Shown in pieces: positions 51,875 to 63,151 of a stretch of 64,000 bases of DNA. The stretch spans positions 7,808,001 to 7,872,000 of the forward strand of contig JASGJH010000001.1 of NCBI GenBank assembly GCA_047601445.1, written 5' to 3'. The notes below the pieces were generated by a model, which was given only the letters and a program-made list of their open reading frames with translations, did not search any database and was not told where the DNA came from. Position 1 is the stretch's first letter. Every line of letters starts with the position of its first letter. Both the position numbers and the translations under genes were made by a program. The DNA comes from Myxococcales bacterium. GTDB taxonomy: Bacteria > Myxococcota_A > Polyangia > Polyangiales > DASUME01.

Positions 51875-51903
51875 ACCATACCGAGCCATCGGCCCAGTAT
51901 CTA
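51875..51903 (-). promoter_or_regulatory. Candidate pnp promoter
   Basis: Minus strand TAGATA-N17-TATGGT with an upstream T-rich tract, just downstream of the rpsO terminator. Confidence 0.55.
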
Positions 51904-51976
51904 AAAAATTCGCCAGACCCCGTTGCCTGGCCTTCCCCTATTTCGTGCTTCGAAGCGCGCAGGTGGGCGCGCACGC

Positions 51977-52016
51977 AAGAAACGGAAAAGCCCGGGGCGG
52001 TTTCACCGACCCGGGC
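51977..52016 (-). terminator. Intrinsic terminator of rpsO
   Basis: GCCCGGG-TCGGTGAAACCGC-CCCGGGC followed by TTTTCCGTTTCTT. Confidence 0.8.
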
Positions 52017-52024
52017 CAACCCCA

Positions 52025-52294
52025 TCACTTGCGGATGTTGAGTTCCTTGATGACCTTCCTGTAGCGCTGGAAATCCGCGCGCATCAGGTAGTCCAACAAG
52101 CCACGACGCTGGCTGACCATTTGGAGCAGGCCGCGACGGGAGTGGTGATCCTTGGTGTGGGTCTTGAAGTGCTCGGTGAGGTGCTGGATTCGCTCGGTCA
52201 ACAGGGCGATCTGGACCTCGGGGGACCCGGTGTCGGTGGGGTGCGTGCGGAACTTGCTGATCAAGTCCGTCTTGCGTTCTGCTGCAGTCGCCAT
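52025..52294 (-). CDS. rpsO: 30S ribosomal protein S15
   Basis: [23 protein letters not shown]; 89 aa. Confidence 0.98.
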   Translation of the reverse strand: MATAAERKTDLISKFRTHPTDTGSPEVQIALLTERIQHLTEHFKTHTKDHHSRRGLLQMVSQRRGLLDYLMRADFQRYRKVIKELNIRK

Positions 52295-52329
52295 CGAAAT
52301 GCTCTCTACGTTGTTCTCTTGGGCGGGCG

Positions 52330-52358
52330 AATATGAAGGCCACCCCCCCGGCCGTCAA
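52330..52358 (-). promoter_or_regulatory. Sigma70-type rpsO promoter
   Basis: Minus strand TTGACG-N17-CATATT. Confidence 0.65.
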
Positions 52359-52413
52359 GGCCGTGACCCGACCAGAGTCAGGCTTGGGCCCCGGTTCGAG
52401 GGGGGCTGGGGGC

Positions 52414-53202
52414 TCAACCCGCGAAAGGAATACGTTCCTTAAGCAGACGGGCCCGTTCCCGGGCCAGCGGGACGCGCGGTGAATCCGGGTGATCAAGGAT
52501 GAGTTCGTAGGTCCCGGCGCCCGCGGGCTCCATCGCCCGGATTTTGTCGATCCGCACCATGGCCCCTCGATGAGAGCGGAAGAACTCGCTCTCCGATAAG
52601 CGCTGCTCCAGGTTCGTCATGGTGAGGTCGAGGGCGAGGCGATCGCTGGCGGTCACGGCCCAGACCAGCTCGTCCTTCATCTCGAAGTAGATCACGTCGG
52701 CCACTTCGACGACCACGTAAACCCCGCCGCGTCGCACGGCGAGCCGCTCGAAGAGGGCCTCCTTGGGGCCGGCCGGGATCGAAGCCGTGGTGGCGGTGGT
52801 GGGGGAAGGGCCGAACGAGTTGGTGTCCTTGCGCAACGCGGCCTGAGCGCGTGCGATGGCGCTGCGAACTCGCTCGAGCCGCGCGGGCTTGAGCAGGTAG
52901 TCGAGCACTTGGGCCTCGAATGCGCGCAACGCGGCGTCGTCATAGGCGGTCACCACGATGACCTGAATGTTCGGGCGCCGACGCTTGAGCGCCTCGGCCA
53001 GAGCGATGCCATCGGGGCCGGGCATGCGTAGATCCACGAACGCCAGCTCGGGGTCTTCACGATCGGCGAGCCTGAGCGCCTCGTGCGCGTCACCGGCCTG
53101 ACCGACCACGTCTACACCACCTACCTCTCCCAACATGAATGCGAGTTCGTCTCGCGCGAGAGGTTCGTCGTCCACGATTATGGCTCGCAGGGGAGCGTTC
53201 AT
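52414..53202 (-). CDS. LytTR family response regulator
   Basis: IVDDEPLAR, FVDLRMP, TAY, DYLLKP, FFRSHRG; ATGA overlap with the kinase. Confidence 0.93.
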   Translation of the reverse strand: MNAPLRAIIVDDEPLARDELAFMLGEVGGVDVVGQAGDAHEALRLADREDPELAFVDLRMPGPDGIALAEALKRRRPNIQVIVVTAYDDAALRAFEAQVLDYLLKPARLERVRSAIARAQAALRKDTNSFGPSPTTATTASIPAGPKEALFERLAVRRGGVYVVVEVADVIYFEMKDELVWAVTASDRLALDLTMTNLEQRLSESEFFRSHRGAMVRIDKIRAMEPAGAGTYELILDHPDSPRVPLARERARLLKERIPFAG

Positions 53203-54491
53203 TGCGCTGCTGCCTCTTCTGCCGCTGCGGCGGGCTTTTCGGGCAAACGTACCGAAGCAATCATGCCGTGTTCCGTCGGATCCAAGGTGAGCCTCGCTTG
53301 ACGACCGTACACGTGCGCCAGGCGTTGTCGCAACGTCTTCAGCGCGATGCCGGTGCCCGGTCGCTCGTCGTCGTCGTAGTGACTCACGCTGCTCGAGCCT
53401 GCGAGCGGGCGCATGGAACGTAGCGGGCCTTCGCTGGCATCCTCGATTTCGATCAACAGGTCGCGCCCGTCCATGCGGGCCCGGATGCTGACGGTGCCCT
53501 TGCCGGTGCGCTTGCCGATGCCGTGCTTCACCGCGTTCTCGACCAGCGGCTGGAGCAGCAGGGCCGGCACCAAGTGATTTTCCACGGCGGAGTCGAGCTC
53601 GACCTCCACACTCAAGCGTTCGTTGCCGAGGCGCGCCGCCTCGATCTCCAGGTAGGAGCGCGCGTGGTTGACCTCGGCTCGCAGTGGGGCGTCGCCGGGG
53701 TGAGAGAGCAGGTAGCGGTAGAGATCCGCCAGGTGACTGACGAGCTCTCGCGCGCGCATGGGGTCGATGCGGATCGTCGCGCGCAACACGTTCAGCGAGT
53801 TGAACAGGAAGTGAGGCTCCAGTCGGCGGCGCAAGGATTCGAGGGCGGCTTGATCGGCGGCGGCGCGCGCTTCGACCAGGGCGACCGCGGCCTCCTCGCG
53901 CTGTACTACCAGGCGCGACACCTCGACGAACAGCGTGACGCCTGCGGCGTTGACCAGCAGCTTGATCAAGTGGGCGGGCCAGGCGGGCAAGTAGCGACCT
54001 GCGTGTCCCACTACCACCAGACCGAAGCCCACGATGGCCAGATGGAACACTTGCACGCCGATCGCGGTGAAGAACACGCGGTGCCCGCGGAACGCCTGCG
54101 GTCTGCGTTTGGCGATCACGCCCGCGACCACGCCGTCCACCGCCGAGGCCAGCAGCACCCACGGGGCCGTCTGGTCGTCGACCCGGCTCGCCATGAAGAT
54201 GCCGCTGCACAGGCCCGCCAAAGCCCCCGCCTTGCGTCCGCCCAGGATGGCCGCCACCAACACCCCGATGGCGCGCACATTGATGTGCTCACCAGCGACC
54301 TCAAGCCCCAGCGTGGAGCCCCAAACGCTGAGGGCGGTGCCGAACAGCATGCCGAAGGCTTTGTCTCGGCTCTCGCCGGCCTGCCCCAAGAGGCGCTTAC
54401 GGAGCGGCGGAAACAACACCGCGAAGACGGCAGCGGCCGCGAGCAGCGCCATCTTCTCCGTGAGCGCAGTGAGCAGCTCGAGGGTGGACAT
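53199..54491 (-). CDS. LytS-type sensor histidine kinase
   Basis: 5TM-LYT-like N-terminus, EPHFLFNSLN, LQPLVENAVKHG, GTGIAL. Confidence 0.93.
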   Translation of the reverse strand: MSTLELLTALTEKMALLAAAAVFAVLFPPLRKRLLGQAGESRDKAFGMLFGTALSVWGSTLGLEVAGEHINVRAIGVLVAAILGGRKAGALAGLCSGIFMASRVDDQTAPWVLLASAVDGVVAGVIAKRRPQAFRGHRVFFTAIGVQVFHLAIVGFGLVVVGHAGRYLPAWPAHLIKLLVNAAGVTLFVEVSRLVVQREEAAVALVEARAAADQAALESLRRRLEPHFLFNSLNVLRATIRIDPMRARELVSHLADLYRYLLSHPGDAPLRAEVNHARSYLEIEAARLGNERLSVEVELDSAVENHLVPALLLQPLVENAVKHGIGKRTGKGTVSIRARMDGRDLLIEIEDASEGPLRSMRPLAGSSSVSHYDDDERPGTGIALKTLRQRLAHVYGRQARLTLDPTEHGMIASVRLPEKPAAAAEEAAAQ

Positions 54492-54515
54492 CAGCTCGCA
54501 GCTTAGCGCGCCTGG

Positions 54516-56540
54516 TCACGGACTTGGAACGGCCGCGCGGTGGGGCAGGGGAGTCGCCATGACGCGGCGCACACTTTCGGAGATTTCGGGCGTCAACTCG
54601 ATGACCGGAGGCGGCGGCTCGCGGTCGGTGTGGATGGGGTAGCGCACACGCACCCCGCCGGAGAAGGCTGGCACGCGCAGCTTCGGCAGCAGGTCGGTCA
54701 GGCAGGTCCGCAGGTGCTCGGGGATCTTGCCGTCGATGGACACCTCCGAGACCTCGCGGTGGCTGAAGAAGGCGAGAAAGGACAGCGCGACCGCATAGTC
54801 TCCGCGGCCACGTCGATCACTGCGCAGACAGGCCCGCGCCTTGGGCACGAGCTGCGTGCGCAGCATGTCGAGCACGCTCTCGGCCGGCATGGCCGTGTAC
54901 GCCCGAGGCGCCGACTCGGGGACGCTCGTGAAGGGGATCGCGGCGATCGTGTTGTCGCGCGGCGCCGGGCTAGCGCTGCTCCAGGGTGGCGGGGGATCCG
55001 AGCGAGCCAACCAATGGCCGAGCCAGTGACTCCCCCCATCGGGCACGAAGGTGTCGTGCGGGCGCTGCTCGACGACCTGCTGTTCCCCTGCGATGAGCCC
55101 CGTCGATAGAGGCTTGCTCAGGGCACGTCCGAGCGCGTCACCCAGTTGGGCGAGATCGCCTTGTTTCAAAGCGCGATCGGCCTCCTCGGCCAGCCAAAGC
55201 ACGCGCAGGGTCCGAGACGAAGCGACGGGAGGCCGGTCGCCCACGGCGAGCAGCCACAGCTCGGCGCCTCGTTCGTGGGCTAGCTGAAGCGCGCGCCGAT
55301 CGTCGGCGCTCGGGTCGAGGAGGCCGTCGGACAAGATCAAGATGCGGGGGCGTTCCTTGGCGATCTGGTGTTCGTGCAGCGCGAAGGCAGCGGAAGGGCG
55401 CGTGCCAGCATCGAGGTCGCTCATGGTGGCTTCGCTCAAGAGCGTGAGCGGAACGCTCTCGGCGCTGAACTGACCGAGCTCTCTCGCACGGGCCGCGAAG
55501 GCGGCCGCGCGCACGGGTGTTTGCGCGGGCAGCGCGGTGAGCAGTGCCGCCAGCACACTATCCACCCGGCCACGTGCCGGACCCTCCATCGACGGGCTCG
55601 CGTCGATCCAGAGCCAGGTCGGTCGCACCGGTGTCGCGGTGCTTCCGACGGCTCGGTAGCGGCGTGTACACCATCCTCTGCCGCAGCGAGCGCGGGTCAC
55701 GGGCGGGGTCAGAGGCTTCTCCGGTGGCCATTCGGCCCGCAACTCCAGCGACAAGCTGGCGTCCCAACTGAACTCCTCCGCCACCTCGAGGGACTGGAAA
55801 CCCGGCGCCAGCACTTGCACCCGCGAGGTGGGGGCGATGCGTGGATCCTGGCCGCGCGCCGGCAGGTGCAGCTGGACGTGTCCGCCCCGGAGCGGACTTT
55901 CAAGCATGTATCGCACCTCGAGTGCGAGCTTCGCCTCCGGCGCGATGGGGCCCACCCGGATAGCCAGTGCTGGCCCTGCATGGTCGCGAATGAGCTCGCC
56001 GGCCAGCCACAGTGAAGTCCGGGACGGGGACGGGGCTGGCTCGGTGGCCACTGCGCGCGGGCCGGCTGCGACGCACGGGTTACGACCCTGACAGGCAGAT
56101 AACCCCAGCAGGACCGCCCCCTCTGGCAGCGCCAGGCGGTAGGACGCTTCGGTCGCGTATTTGGCCTTGGAGTCCAGCTCCAGATTCACCTGAATGAAAG
56201 CCAACCCCTGCTCGATTCGAATCAGAATCTGGTGGCTCGTCTCGGTGACCTGGCTGAGGGAGCTCAGCACGGGCCCGCTCACGGCGCTGGGCAATACGAC
56301 CGCCTTCGCAGGCGTGAGCCGCTTGGCCGCCTCGTCGAGGTCCGATCCGGTGCTCCGGTCGATGCCGAGCGGGTCCTCGCCCTGCTCGGTGCTCTCGATG
56401 ACGCGCAGCTCATGGGTGTCGTCTGGTGTGGGCGCCACGTCCCTGGGCTCCGCCCTCGCCGGAGCGGCCCCCAGGACCAGCCCGCAGGCGGCCGCGTACA
56501 GAACAACGCGAAGCCTCGGTATCACTGCTATTCTCGCCAT
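54516..56540 (-). CDS. Secreted VIT + vWA domain protein
   Basis: Signal peptide ending APARA, VIT-like EASYRLALPEGAV, MIDAS motif IDASPSM...LSDG, small C-terminal alpha/beta domain ending VRYP. Confidence 0.7.
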   Translation of the reverse strand: MARIAVIPRLRVVLYAAACGLVLGAAPARAEPRDVAPTPDDTHELRVIESTEQGEDPLGIDRSTGSDLDEAAKRLTPAKAVVLPSAVSGPVLSSLSQVTETSHQILIRIEQGLAFIQVNLELDSKAKYATEASYRLALPEGAVLLGLSACQGRNPCVAAGPRAVATEPAPSPSRTSLWLAGELIRDHAGPALAIRVGPIAPEAKLALEVRYMLESPLRGGHVQLHLPARGQDPRIAPTSRVQVLAPGFQSLEVAEEFSWDASLSLELRAEWPPEKPLTPPVTRARCGRGWCTRRYRAVGSTATPVRPTWLWIDASPSMEGPARGRVDSVLAALLTALPAQTPVRAAAFAARARELGQFSAESVPLTLLSEATMSDLDAGTRPSAAFALHEHQIAKERPRILILSDGLLDPSADDRRALQLAHERGAELWLLAVGDRPPVASSRTLRVLWLAEEADRALKQGDLAQLGDALGRALSKPLSTGLIAGEQQVVEQRPHDTFVPDGGSHWLGHWLARSDPPPPWSSASPAPRDNTIAAIPFTSVPESAPRAYTAMPAESVLDMLRTQLVPKARACLRSDRRGRGDYAVALSFLAFFSHREVSEVSIDGKIPEHLRTCLTDLLPKLRVPAFSGGVRVRYPIHTDREPPPPVIELTPEISESVRRVMATPLPHRAAVPSP

Positions 56541-56687
56541 CGGGTCCGTTCGGGGTCTTCCCGTAGGTGTCATAGAGCCTGCGAGAGTTCCCGAATACCG
56601 CGAGGTGCGCTGGGCCGCACCCGGGCGCGAGGACCGCCGCCCACTTGGTCTTGGTCTCGACAGCGGGGGAACGGGCTTCACACCATC

Positions 56688-58307
<1,620 letters not shown>

Positions 58308-58308
58308 C

Positions 58309-58725
58309 TCAGAACGCGAGGTTGCCCTTCTCTTTGGGCCCCTTGTTCTCGCCGAGCCCCTCGACCACACTGCCGCCCATGTCCTCGTAGGTGTAGGCCT
58401 GCTTGAGGCGGAATGCGTTGCCATCGTCGGCACGCACCGTGACGTCCGTCGGGCCTGCTTCGCCGCTCGGCGTCGTCACCACCAGGGACTCGGTGCCCCG
58501 GATGGTCACGCCCTTGGCCTTGGCGTTTCCGAAGTACACCGTGTAGCCGATGTCGGAGCGGAAGTTCTTGCCCTGAATTTCGACCTTCTGGTCGCCGGTA
58601 AGGTGCCCCGCTCGGGGGTTGATCCCGGTGACGGCCATCTGGCCGTCGCTTTCGCAGGCCATACAGAACACCGAGAAGAGTGCCGCTGTCATACTTCCTG
58701 CGCGCAAAGTGTTCCGGCTCATCAT
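58309..58725 (-). CDS. IPT/TIG domain lipoprotein
   Basis: Lipobox CMAC, INPRAG..GDQKVEIQGKNF, VYFG, VTTP, AYTY; TTGACC-N18-TATGGT upstream. Confidence 0.8.
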   Translation of the reverse strand: MMSRNTLRAGSMTAALFSVFCMACESDGQMAVTGINPRAGHLTGDQKVEIQGKNFRSDIGYTVYFGNAKAKGVTIRGTESLVVTTPSGEAGPTDVTVRADDGNAFRLKQAYTYEDMGGSVVEGLGENKGPKEKGNLAF

Positions 58726-58857
58726 GATCCCTCGATCCCCTCGTCTGCGAATTCCGTCGGGACCATAGACGACACCTAGACGCAAGGTCAATGGCCCTTG
58801 GTTGCGTCACAGGCAGGGCCGAACTTGACACTACTGGCGCCACGTCAGCACACTCCA

Positions 58858-61371
58858 ATGCGCAGGGTGGCCAAGCGAAATCTTCTGCTCGTTGATTCGG
58901 ACCCTCGGAGTTTGAGAGTCCTGGAAGTCAGTCTCCGTAAGGCTGGCTATAGCGTGACTACGTCCGCGGATGTCGACGGCGCTCTCGAGCTCACCGAGCT
59001 CACCGAGCCCGATATGATCCTGGCCGACACGCGCTTGCCTGGGAAAGATGGCTTCGCGCTCGTGGCCGCCCTCAAGGCGCGTCCCAAGTGGGCGGAGATC
59101 CCGCTCGTGTTCCTCTCGAGCGATCCCTCCGTGGAGAGCCGTGTGCGCGGGCTCGAGCTGGGCGTCGAGGACTACCTCACCAAGCCCGTTTACATCCGCG
59201 AGATCCTCACCCGCGTGAATCTCGTGATGCAGCGCAAGGAGCGCGAGGGACTCAGCCGCACCTCCAAGACGCGCTTCGCGGGCGCCCTGGCCGACATGGG
59301 CCTGGTGGACCTGCTGCAGACCATCGATGTCAGCCGCAAGTCCGGCATCCTGCACCTCACCTCCAACGGCAAGAGCGGTTCCGTGTACTTCCATGAGGGG
59401 CGCGTGCTCGATGCCGAGCTCGGCGATCTCTCGGCCGAGGCCGCCATCTATCGCTTCCTGCTCTGGAACGAGGGCGAGTTCGAGCTGGATTTCCGCGATG
59501 TGCGTCGTGAGGACAAGCTCGGGGTCTCCACGCAGGGCCTGCTGATGGAGGGTATGCGGCGGCTCGACGAGTGGAGTCGTCTGCAGGAGCAGCTGCCCTC
59601 GCTCGGCACCGTGTTCGACGTGAGCCATGACGAGCTCTCGCATCGTCTCTCCGAGATCCCGGACGAGATCAACGAGGTGCTCAAGCTCTTCGACGGCCGG
59701 CGGACGCTGGCGCAGGTGCTGGACGAGAGCCGCGGGGACGATCTCGCCAACCTGAACTCCATCAACAAGCTCTACTTCGAGGGCTTCCTGATCGTCCGCG
59801 ATGCTCCGGCGCCCGAGGACAACGGTCCGGGCGACGACCTGCTCATCGGCTCCCTCGAGGGGCCCTACTTGCCGGATGAGGCCGAGACGCTGCTGCCCGC
59901 CGGGGAGCAGCAGGCGCAGGAGGCGCCGGCCCCCGTGGAGTTGGTCGCCCAGTTGGCGGAGCCCTTTGCGCCCGCGGCAGCGGCCCCCGTGACTCCCCAG
60001 TTGGTGGCCCCGGAGCCTGTGGAGGAGTCTGCGGAGACCCCGGTGGCGCTGGCCACGGAGGCCCAGGTGGCCGTATCTCCGGAGACCCCGCTAGCGTTGG
60101 CCCAGGAGGCGCCGGTGGCGTTGGCCGCCATCAAGCTCAAACGCGTCGCCATGAGCGCCGAGAGCGGTGCGTCGACGCGCCGTGTGAGCGCCCGAGAAAG
60201 CCTCAAAACCGAACCCGACTCCCGCGACCCACAAGCAGCAGCCGACGACCAGGCGGCGGCCGAGGATGAGGGCGCGATGGCCAAGCGGGCGAAGAAAATC
60301 AGTATTCCGAGCAGCGAGCCCAGCGCGCCCCGAGCGCCGAGTGCAGACAACGTCATCCAGCTGCCGGTCGGTCGTGCCGAGCCGCCGGCCCTTCCGAGCT
60401 CGGGAAGTCCCGCCGGTGGGCGCTCCAAGAAGGCGCGCCGCAAGGAGAAACGCCAGGCTCGCGAAGTCGCGGCGCGTGCCAACGGCGTGGGACCCACCCA
60501 GGGTGGCATCTCCGAGGTGCCGGGGGCGGCATCGGATCAGGATCCGGACGAGGACGAGATCGAGCGCTTCTTTTCAGAGCCGCCACCAGCTCCGGTGCCC
60601 ACGCCTCAGTGGACGGACCTCGAGGCCGTCGACGCGGATCCGGCGCATCGCAAGCAGGCCCAGCGTGGCCAAACCTGGACCATGTTGGTGCTGGCCCTGG
60701 GAGTGCTCGGGATTGGCGGCTTCCTCCTCTACAACAAGGTCTTCATGCCGACCCCGGCGGACCTTCCGGCCGTGCAGGTGGCTTTGCCCACCCCGGAGAT
60801 GATGCGCGCAGTGCCTGCGGCACCTCCAGCGGCGGCGCCCGCGCACGCAGCGGAGGCCGAAAAGCCCGAGCTCGCGCAGCCAGAGCCCGCCCCCGTCGAA
60901 CCCACCGCGGCCCCGAGTCCGGAGGCGGTCGAAGCGGTCCCGTCTGCCGAATCACCCGAGGCGGCGTTCGAACCCGTGCCCGGCGAGCCCGCGCGCGCCG
61001 AAGCTCCCAAGTCGGTCATCACCGCGTCGGACGCCGAGGGCTACGACACGCTTCTGGCCCAGGCCCGCAAGCAGGGCTATCGCCGCGCTGCCGAGTCGAG
61101 CTACATGCAGGCGCTCTCCATCAATCCCGAGGGAGCCCAGGCCTTGAGCGGTCTGGCCATGTTGTATCTCAACCTGGGCAAGAACGAGCAGGCGCGCGAG
61201 CGTGCGCGTGCCGCCGTCAAGGTCGATCCCAACAACTCCGAAGCATGGATTGTTCTCGGCGCCTCCGAGTCCAGCTTGGGCGACGAGGCGGCTGCCCGTG
61301 AGGCCTACGCGCACTGCGCCGAGCTACCCACGGGCAAGTACGTTCCAGAGTGCCGCCGCATGGTGCGCTGA
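58858..61371 (+). CDS. Receiver + DUF4388 + disordered linker + TM + TPR protein
   Basis: LLLVDSD..ILAD..YLTKP receiver, FAGALADMGLVDLLQ..KSGILHL..LLMEGMRRLDEW, TM near aa 630, C-terminal TPRs; start may be GTG 58867. Confidence 0.85.
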   Translation: MRRVAKRNLLLVDSDPRSLRVLEVSLRKAGYSVTTSADVDGALELTELTEPDMILADTRLPGKDGFALVAALKARPKWAEIPLVFLSSDPSVESRVRGLELGVEDYLTKPVYIREILTRVNLVMQRKEREGLSRTSKTRFAGALADMGLVDLLQTIDVSRKSGILHLTSNGKSGSVYFHEGRVLDAELGDLSAEAAIYRFLLWNEGEFELDFRDVRREDKLGVSTQGLLMEGMRRLDEWSRLQEQLPSLGTVFDVSHDELSHRLSEIPDEINEVLKLFDGRRTLAQVLDESRGDDLANLNSINKLYFEGFLIVRDAPAPEDNGPGDDLLIGSLEGPYLPDEAETLLPAGEQQAQEAPAPVELVAQLAEPFAPAAAAPVTPQLVAPEPVEESAETPVALATEAQVAVSPETPLALAQEAPVALAAIKLKRVAMSAESGASTRRVSARESLKTEPDSRDPQAAADDQAAAEDEGAMAKRAKKISIPSSEPSAPRAPSADNVIQLPVGRAEPPALPSSGSPAGGRSKKARRKEKRQAREVAARANGVGPTQGGISEVPGAASDQDPDEDEIERFFSEPPPAPVPTPQWTDLEAVDADPAHRKQAQRGQTWTMLVLALGVLGIGGFLLYNKVFMPTPADLPAVQVALPTPEMMRAVPAAPPAAAPAHAAEAEKPELAQPEPAPVEPTAAPSPEAVEAVPSAESPEAAFEPVPGEPARAEAPKSVITASDAEGYDTLLAQARKQGYRRAAESSYMQALSINPEGAQALSGLAMLYLNLGKNEQARERARAAVKVDPNNSEAWIVLGASESSLGDEAAAREAYAHCAELPTGKYVPECRRMVR

Positions 61372-61438
61372 GCGCGGCGCGTCCGAACTTCGCCGTTTCG
61401 GGCGCCAACCAGCCGAACTCGCGATAGTCTCAGAGGAC

Positions 61439-63151
61439 ATGTCGCAAGCGTTCGTGCATGAGACCGCCATCATCGACTCCAACGTCGAACTCGCCGAAGG
61501 AGTTCGCGTGTGGCACTTCGTCCATGTCTCGGAGGGCGCGTCCATCGGCCCGCGCACGAGCCTCGGGCAGAACGTGTTCGTGGGGAAGGGCGTGCGGGTC
61601 GGGGCCGGCGTGAAGGTCCAGAACAACGTCTCACTCTACGAGGGAGTGGAGCTCGAGGACGACGTCTTCGTGGGCCCGAGTGCGGTCTTCACCAATGTCA
61701 TCAATCCGCGTGCTCACGTGGAGCGCAAGCGTGAATACCGCCGCACCGTGGTTGGACGTGGAGCCACCATCGGGGCCAACGCCACCCTGGTTTGCGGCAA
61801 CCAAATCGGTCGCTATGCCTTGATCGCCGCCAACGCCACCGTCACCCACGAGGTGCCTCCCTACGCGCTCGTCATGGGCACGCCCGCGCGCCAGGTGGGC
61901 TGGGTCTGCGCCTGCGGTCACAAGCTTGGGCCCAAGGAGCTCGAGGGGGACGTGCGCTGCGCTGCATGCGCTAGCGACTATCGGATTGCGGTGGGGCATT
62001 GCGTTCCGCTGCCCGTTGGGGACTCCCAGGCCGCTGCCCAGCCGGTGCCGATGCTCGATGTTCGGGCCCAAAACGCGCCCTTGATGCCGGCGCTGCGGGC
62101 CAGCTTCGAGCGCGTGATGTCATCCGGGCACTTCATTCTGGGGCCCGAGGTGGAGGCCTTGGAGAGCGAGCTCTGCGAGCGCTTTGGGTATGCCCACGCC
62201 ATCGGCGTCTCGAGCGGCACGGATGCGCTGCTGTTGGCCTTGATGGCGCTTGAAGTCGGTCCCGGCGATGAGGTCATCACGAGCCCGTTCTCGTTCTTCG
62301 CGACCGCGGGCGTGGTGGCACGGCTCGGTGCGCGGCCCATCTTCGTCGACATCGATCCGGCCTCATTCAACCTCGATCCACGGCATCTGGAGATGGCCAT
62401 CACGCGCAAGACCAAGGCCATCATTCCCGTGCATCTGTTCGGTCAGGCCGCCGACATGGACGCGCTCCTGGCGGTGGCCGGCAACCACAATGTGCCCGTC
62501 ATCGAAGACGCTGCGCAGGCTCTGGGCGCAACGTGCAGAGGGCGCGCAGTAGGGACCCTGGGGGCCTTCGGCTGCTTCTCGTTCTTCCCATCCAAGAACC
62601 TCGGCGGCTTCGGCGACGGCGGACTGCTCACGACCCAGCGCGCGGATCTAGCCGAGCGCGCGCGCATCTTGCGGTCCCACGGAGGACAGCCGAAGTACTT
62701 CCATCGTTTCGTGGGCGGAAACTTCCGCATCGACGCGCTGCAGGCTGCCCTGATCCGCACCAAGCTCCCTTTGTTGGGCGAATACACCGAGGCGCGCAGA
62801 CGCCACGCGGCGTTCTACGATGAACGCTTCCAGATGGCCGACCTCGGCGCGCTGCTGCGAACCCCGGCTCGGCTCGATGCGGGACACGTGTACAACCAGT
62901 ACGTCATCCGCACCCCCAAACGGGACGCGTTGCGCGCGGCGCTCCAGGCGGCAGCCATTCAAAGCGAGGTGTACTACCCGCTCGGCCTCCACCTGCAACA
63001 GTGCTTCGAGTCCCTGGGCGGCAACGCGGGCGACATGCCCGAGACGGAGCGCGCGTGCGCCGAAGTGTTGGCCATCCCGGTGGCACCAGAGCTCTCGCGC
63101 TCCCAGCTGCACCGCGTGGCCGAGACCGTGATTGGCGCGCTCAGGGCCTGA
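61439..63151 (+). CDS. Fused hexapeptide N-acetyltransferase (WbpD-like) + DegT/DnrJ aminotransferase (WbpE-like)
   Basis: VWHFVHV, QNNVSLY, FTNVINPR, GWVCACG, then SSGTDAL, EDAAQA, SFFPSKNLG in one frame. Confidence 0.9.
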   Translation: MSQAFVHETAIIDSNVELAEGVRVWHFVHVSEGASIGPRTSLGQNVFVGKGVRVGAGVKVQNNVSLYEGVELEDDVFVGPSAVFTNVINPRAHVERKREYRRTVVGRGATIGANATLVCGNQIGRYALIAANATVTHEVPPYALVMGTPARQVGWVCACGHKLGPKELEGDVRCAACASDYRIAVGHCVPLPVGDSQAAAQPVPMLDVRAQNAPLMPALRASFERVMSSGHFILGPEVEALESELCERFGYAHAIGVSSGTDALLLALMALEVGPGDEVITSPFSFFATAGVVARLGARPIFVDIDPASFNLDPRHLEMAITRKTKAIIPVHLFGQAADMDALLAVAGNHNVPVIEDAAQALGATCRGRAVGTLGAFGCFSFFPSKNLGGFGDGGLLTTQRADLAERARILRSHGGQPKYFHRFVGGNFRIDALQAALIRTKLPLLGEYTEARRRHAAFYDERFQMADLGALLRTPARLDAGHVYNQYVIRTPKRDALRAALQAAAIQSEVYYPLGLHLQQCFESLGGNAGDMPETERACAEVLAIPVAPELSRSQLHRVAETVIGALRA

